Source: Haliotis rubra
Taxonomy: Eukaryota
Direction of reading: 5' to 3'
NCBI RefSeq assembly: GCF_003918875.1
Contig: NW_025765678.1
Coordinates: 1-64,000 of the forward strand
Length of the DNA: 64,000 bases
This document shows positions 63,451-64,000 of this stretch, piece after piece (position 1 is the stretch's first letter; the number at the start of each line of letters is the position of its first letter). The position numbers and the translations under genes were made by a program. The notes beneath the pieces were generated by a model. It was not told where the DNA came from. It saw nothing but the letters and a program-made list of their open reading frames with translations, and made no database searches.

Positions 63451-64000
63451 TACTAAGCAGCAAAAGAAACGCCAGTTTTGAATTTTCCTTCGCAGAAACG
63501 GATAACTGTAAACTCATTTAATGTTTTGATTGTATATTATTGACTTTACCTGAGTAAAGACATTCCTTCCCAAACTCAGAATGGAACCCATGAAATGGTC
63601 TCATAAAATCAACCTGATCTCGGAGATGGTACGGTGTCTCTACGTTTTTCATGCATCTCATGCTGCACGTACCAGAAGCTAGGAAGACTTGAAGCTGGCC
63701 ACACTGCACAAGCTGTTGCCAATCACTTCCAGGTCAAAAATTCGGACCATCAGCAGGCTGCAGCAACGTTGCCGGGCCACCAACTGCACAAATGATCGCC
63801 AAGACCGCCATGTTGTGCGACAGCATGTACAGAATACCTTCATGCAGGCATCTGAAACAGCACGTCAGACAGTGGGAACGCAAGGAAGACCAATCAGTAT
63901 TGATACAGTACGCCAGCGTCTTAACAGCGGGAACCTCCATTGCCGTAGACCTTACCCCGGACCTATCCTCACCCCTCGTCATCGGCGTGAACGCCTACTT
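63451..64000 (+). mobile_element. Tc1-like transposon with a decayed transposase, running off the window
   Basis: LGRLEAGHTAQAVANHF..RTISRLQQR..QDRHVVRQH..ISIDTVRQRL..CRRPY.GPILTPRHRRERL across frameshifts. Confidence 0.8.

Overview
Eukaryotic (animal) genomic DNA. The repeat families suggest a gastropod mollusc such as abalone, but this is inference from recall, not proof. 1-10.4 kb is an aperiodic, purine-rich low-complexity tract; its long ORFs are compositional artefacts. 11.0-14.3 kb holds the last four GT-AG exons of a TMTC4-like TPR protein. 23.5-63 kb is a segmentally duplicated array of four paralogous membrane-protein genes. They look like APD1-4 middle-domain proteins without a RING finger: one intact, one with a SINE-derived C-terminus, one with two frameshifts, one truncated. 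The array appears to descend from a head-to-head gene pair. The rest is dense mobile DNA: about 10 pieces of one I-group/Nimb-like RNase H LINE, two RTE-X/CR1-like LINEs, four SINE-like families, Harbinger, Tc1, hAT and P-like MITEs, Penelope-like palindromes and minisatellites. The strongest leads are RNA-level: (i) a compact HDV-like ribozyme fold at the 5' end of the I-group LINE; (ii) a SINE-like family with no tRNA head, whose TSD-defined 5' end is a pseudoknot and whose tail comes from that LINE; (iii) two palindromes carrying degenerate hammerhead cores. All homology calls were made by eye or from recall; no search was run.
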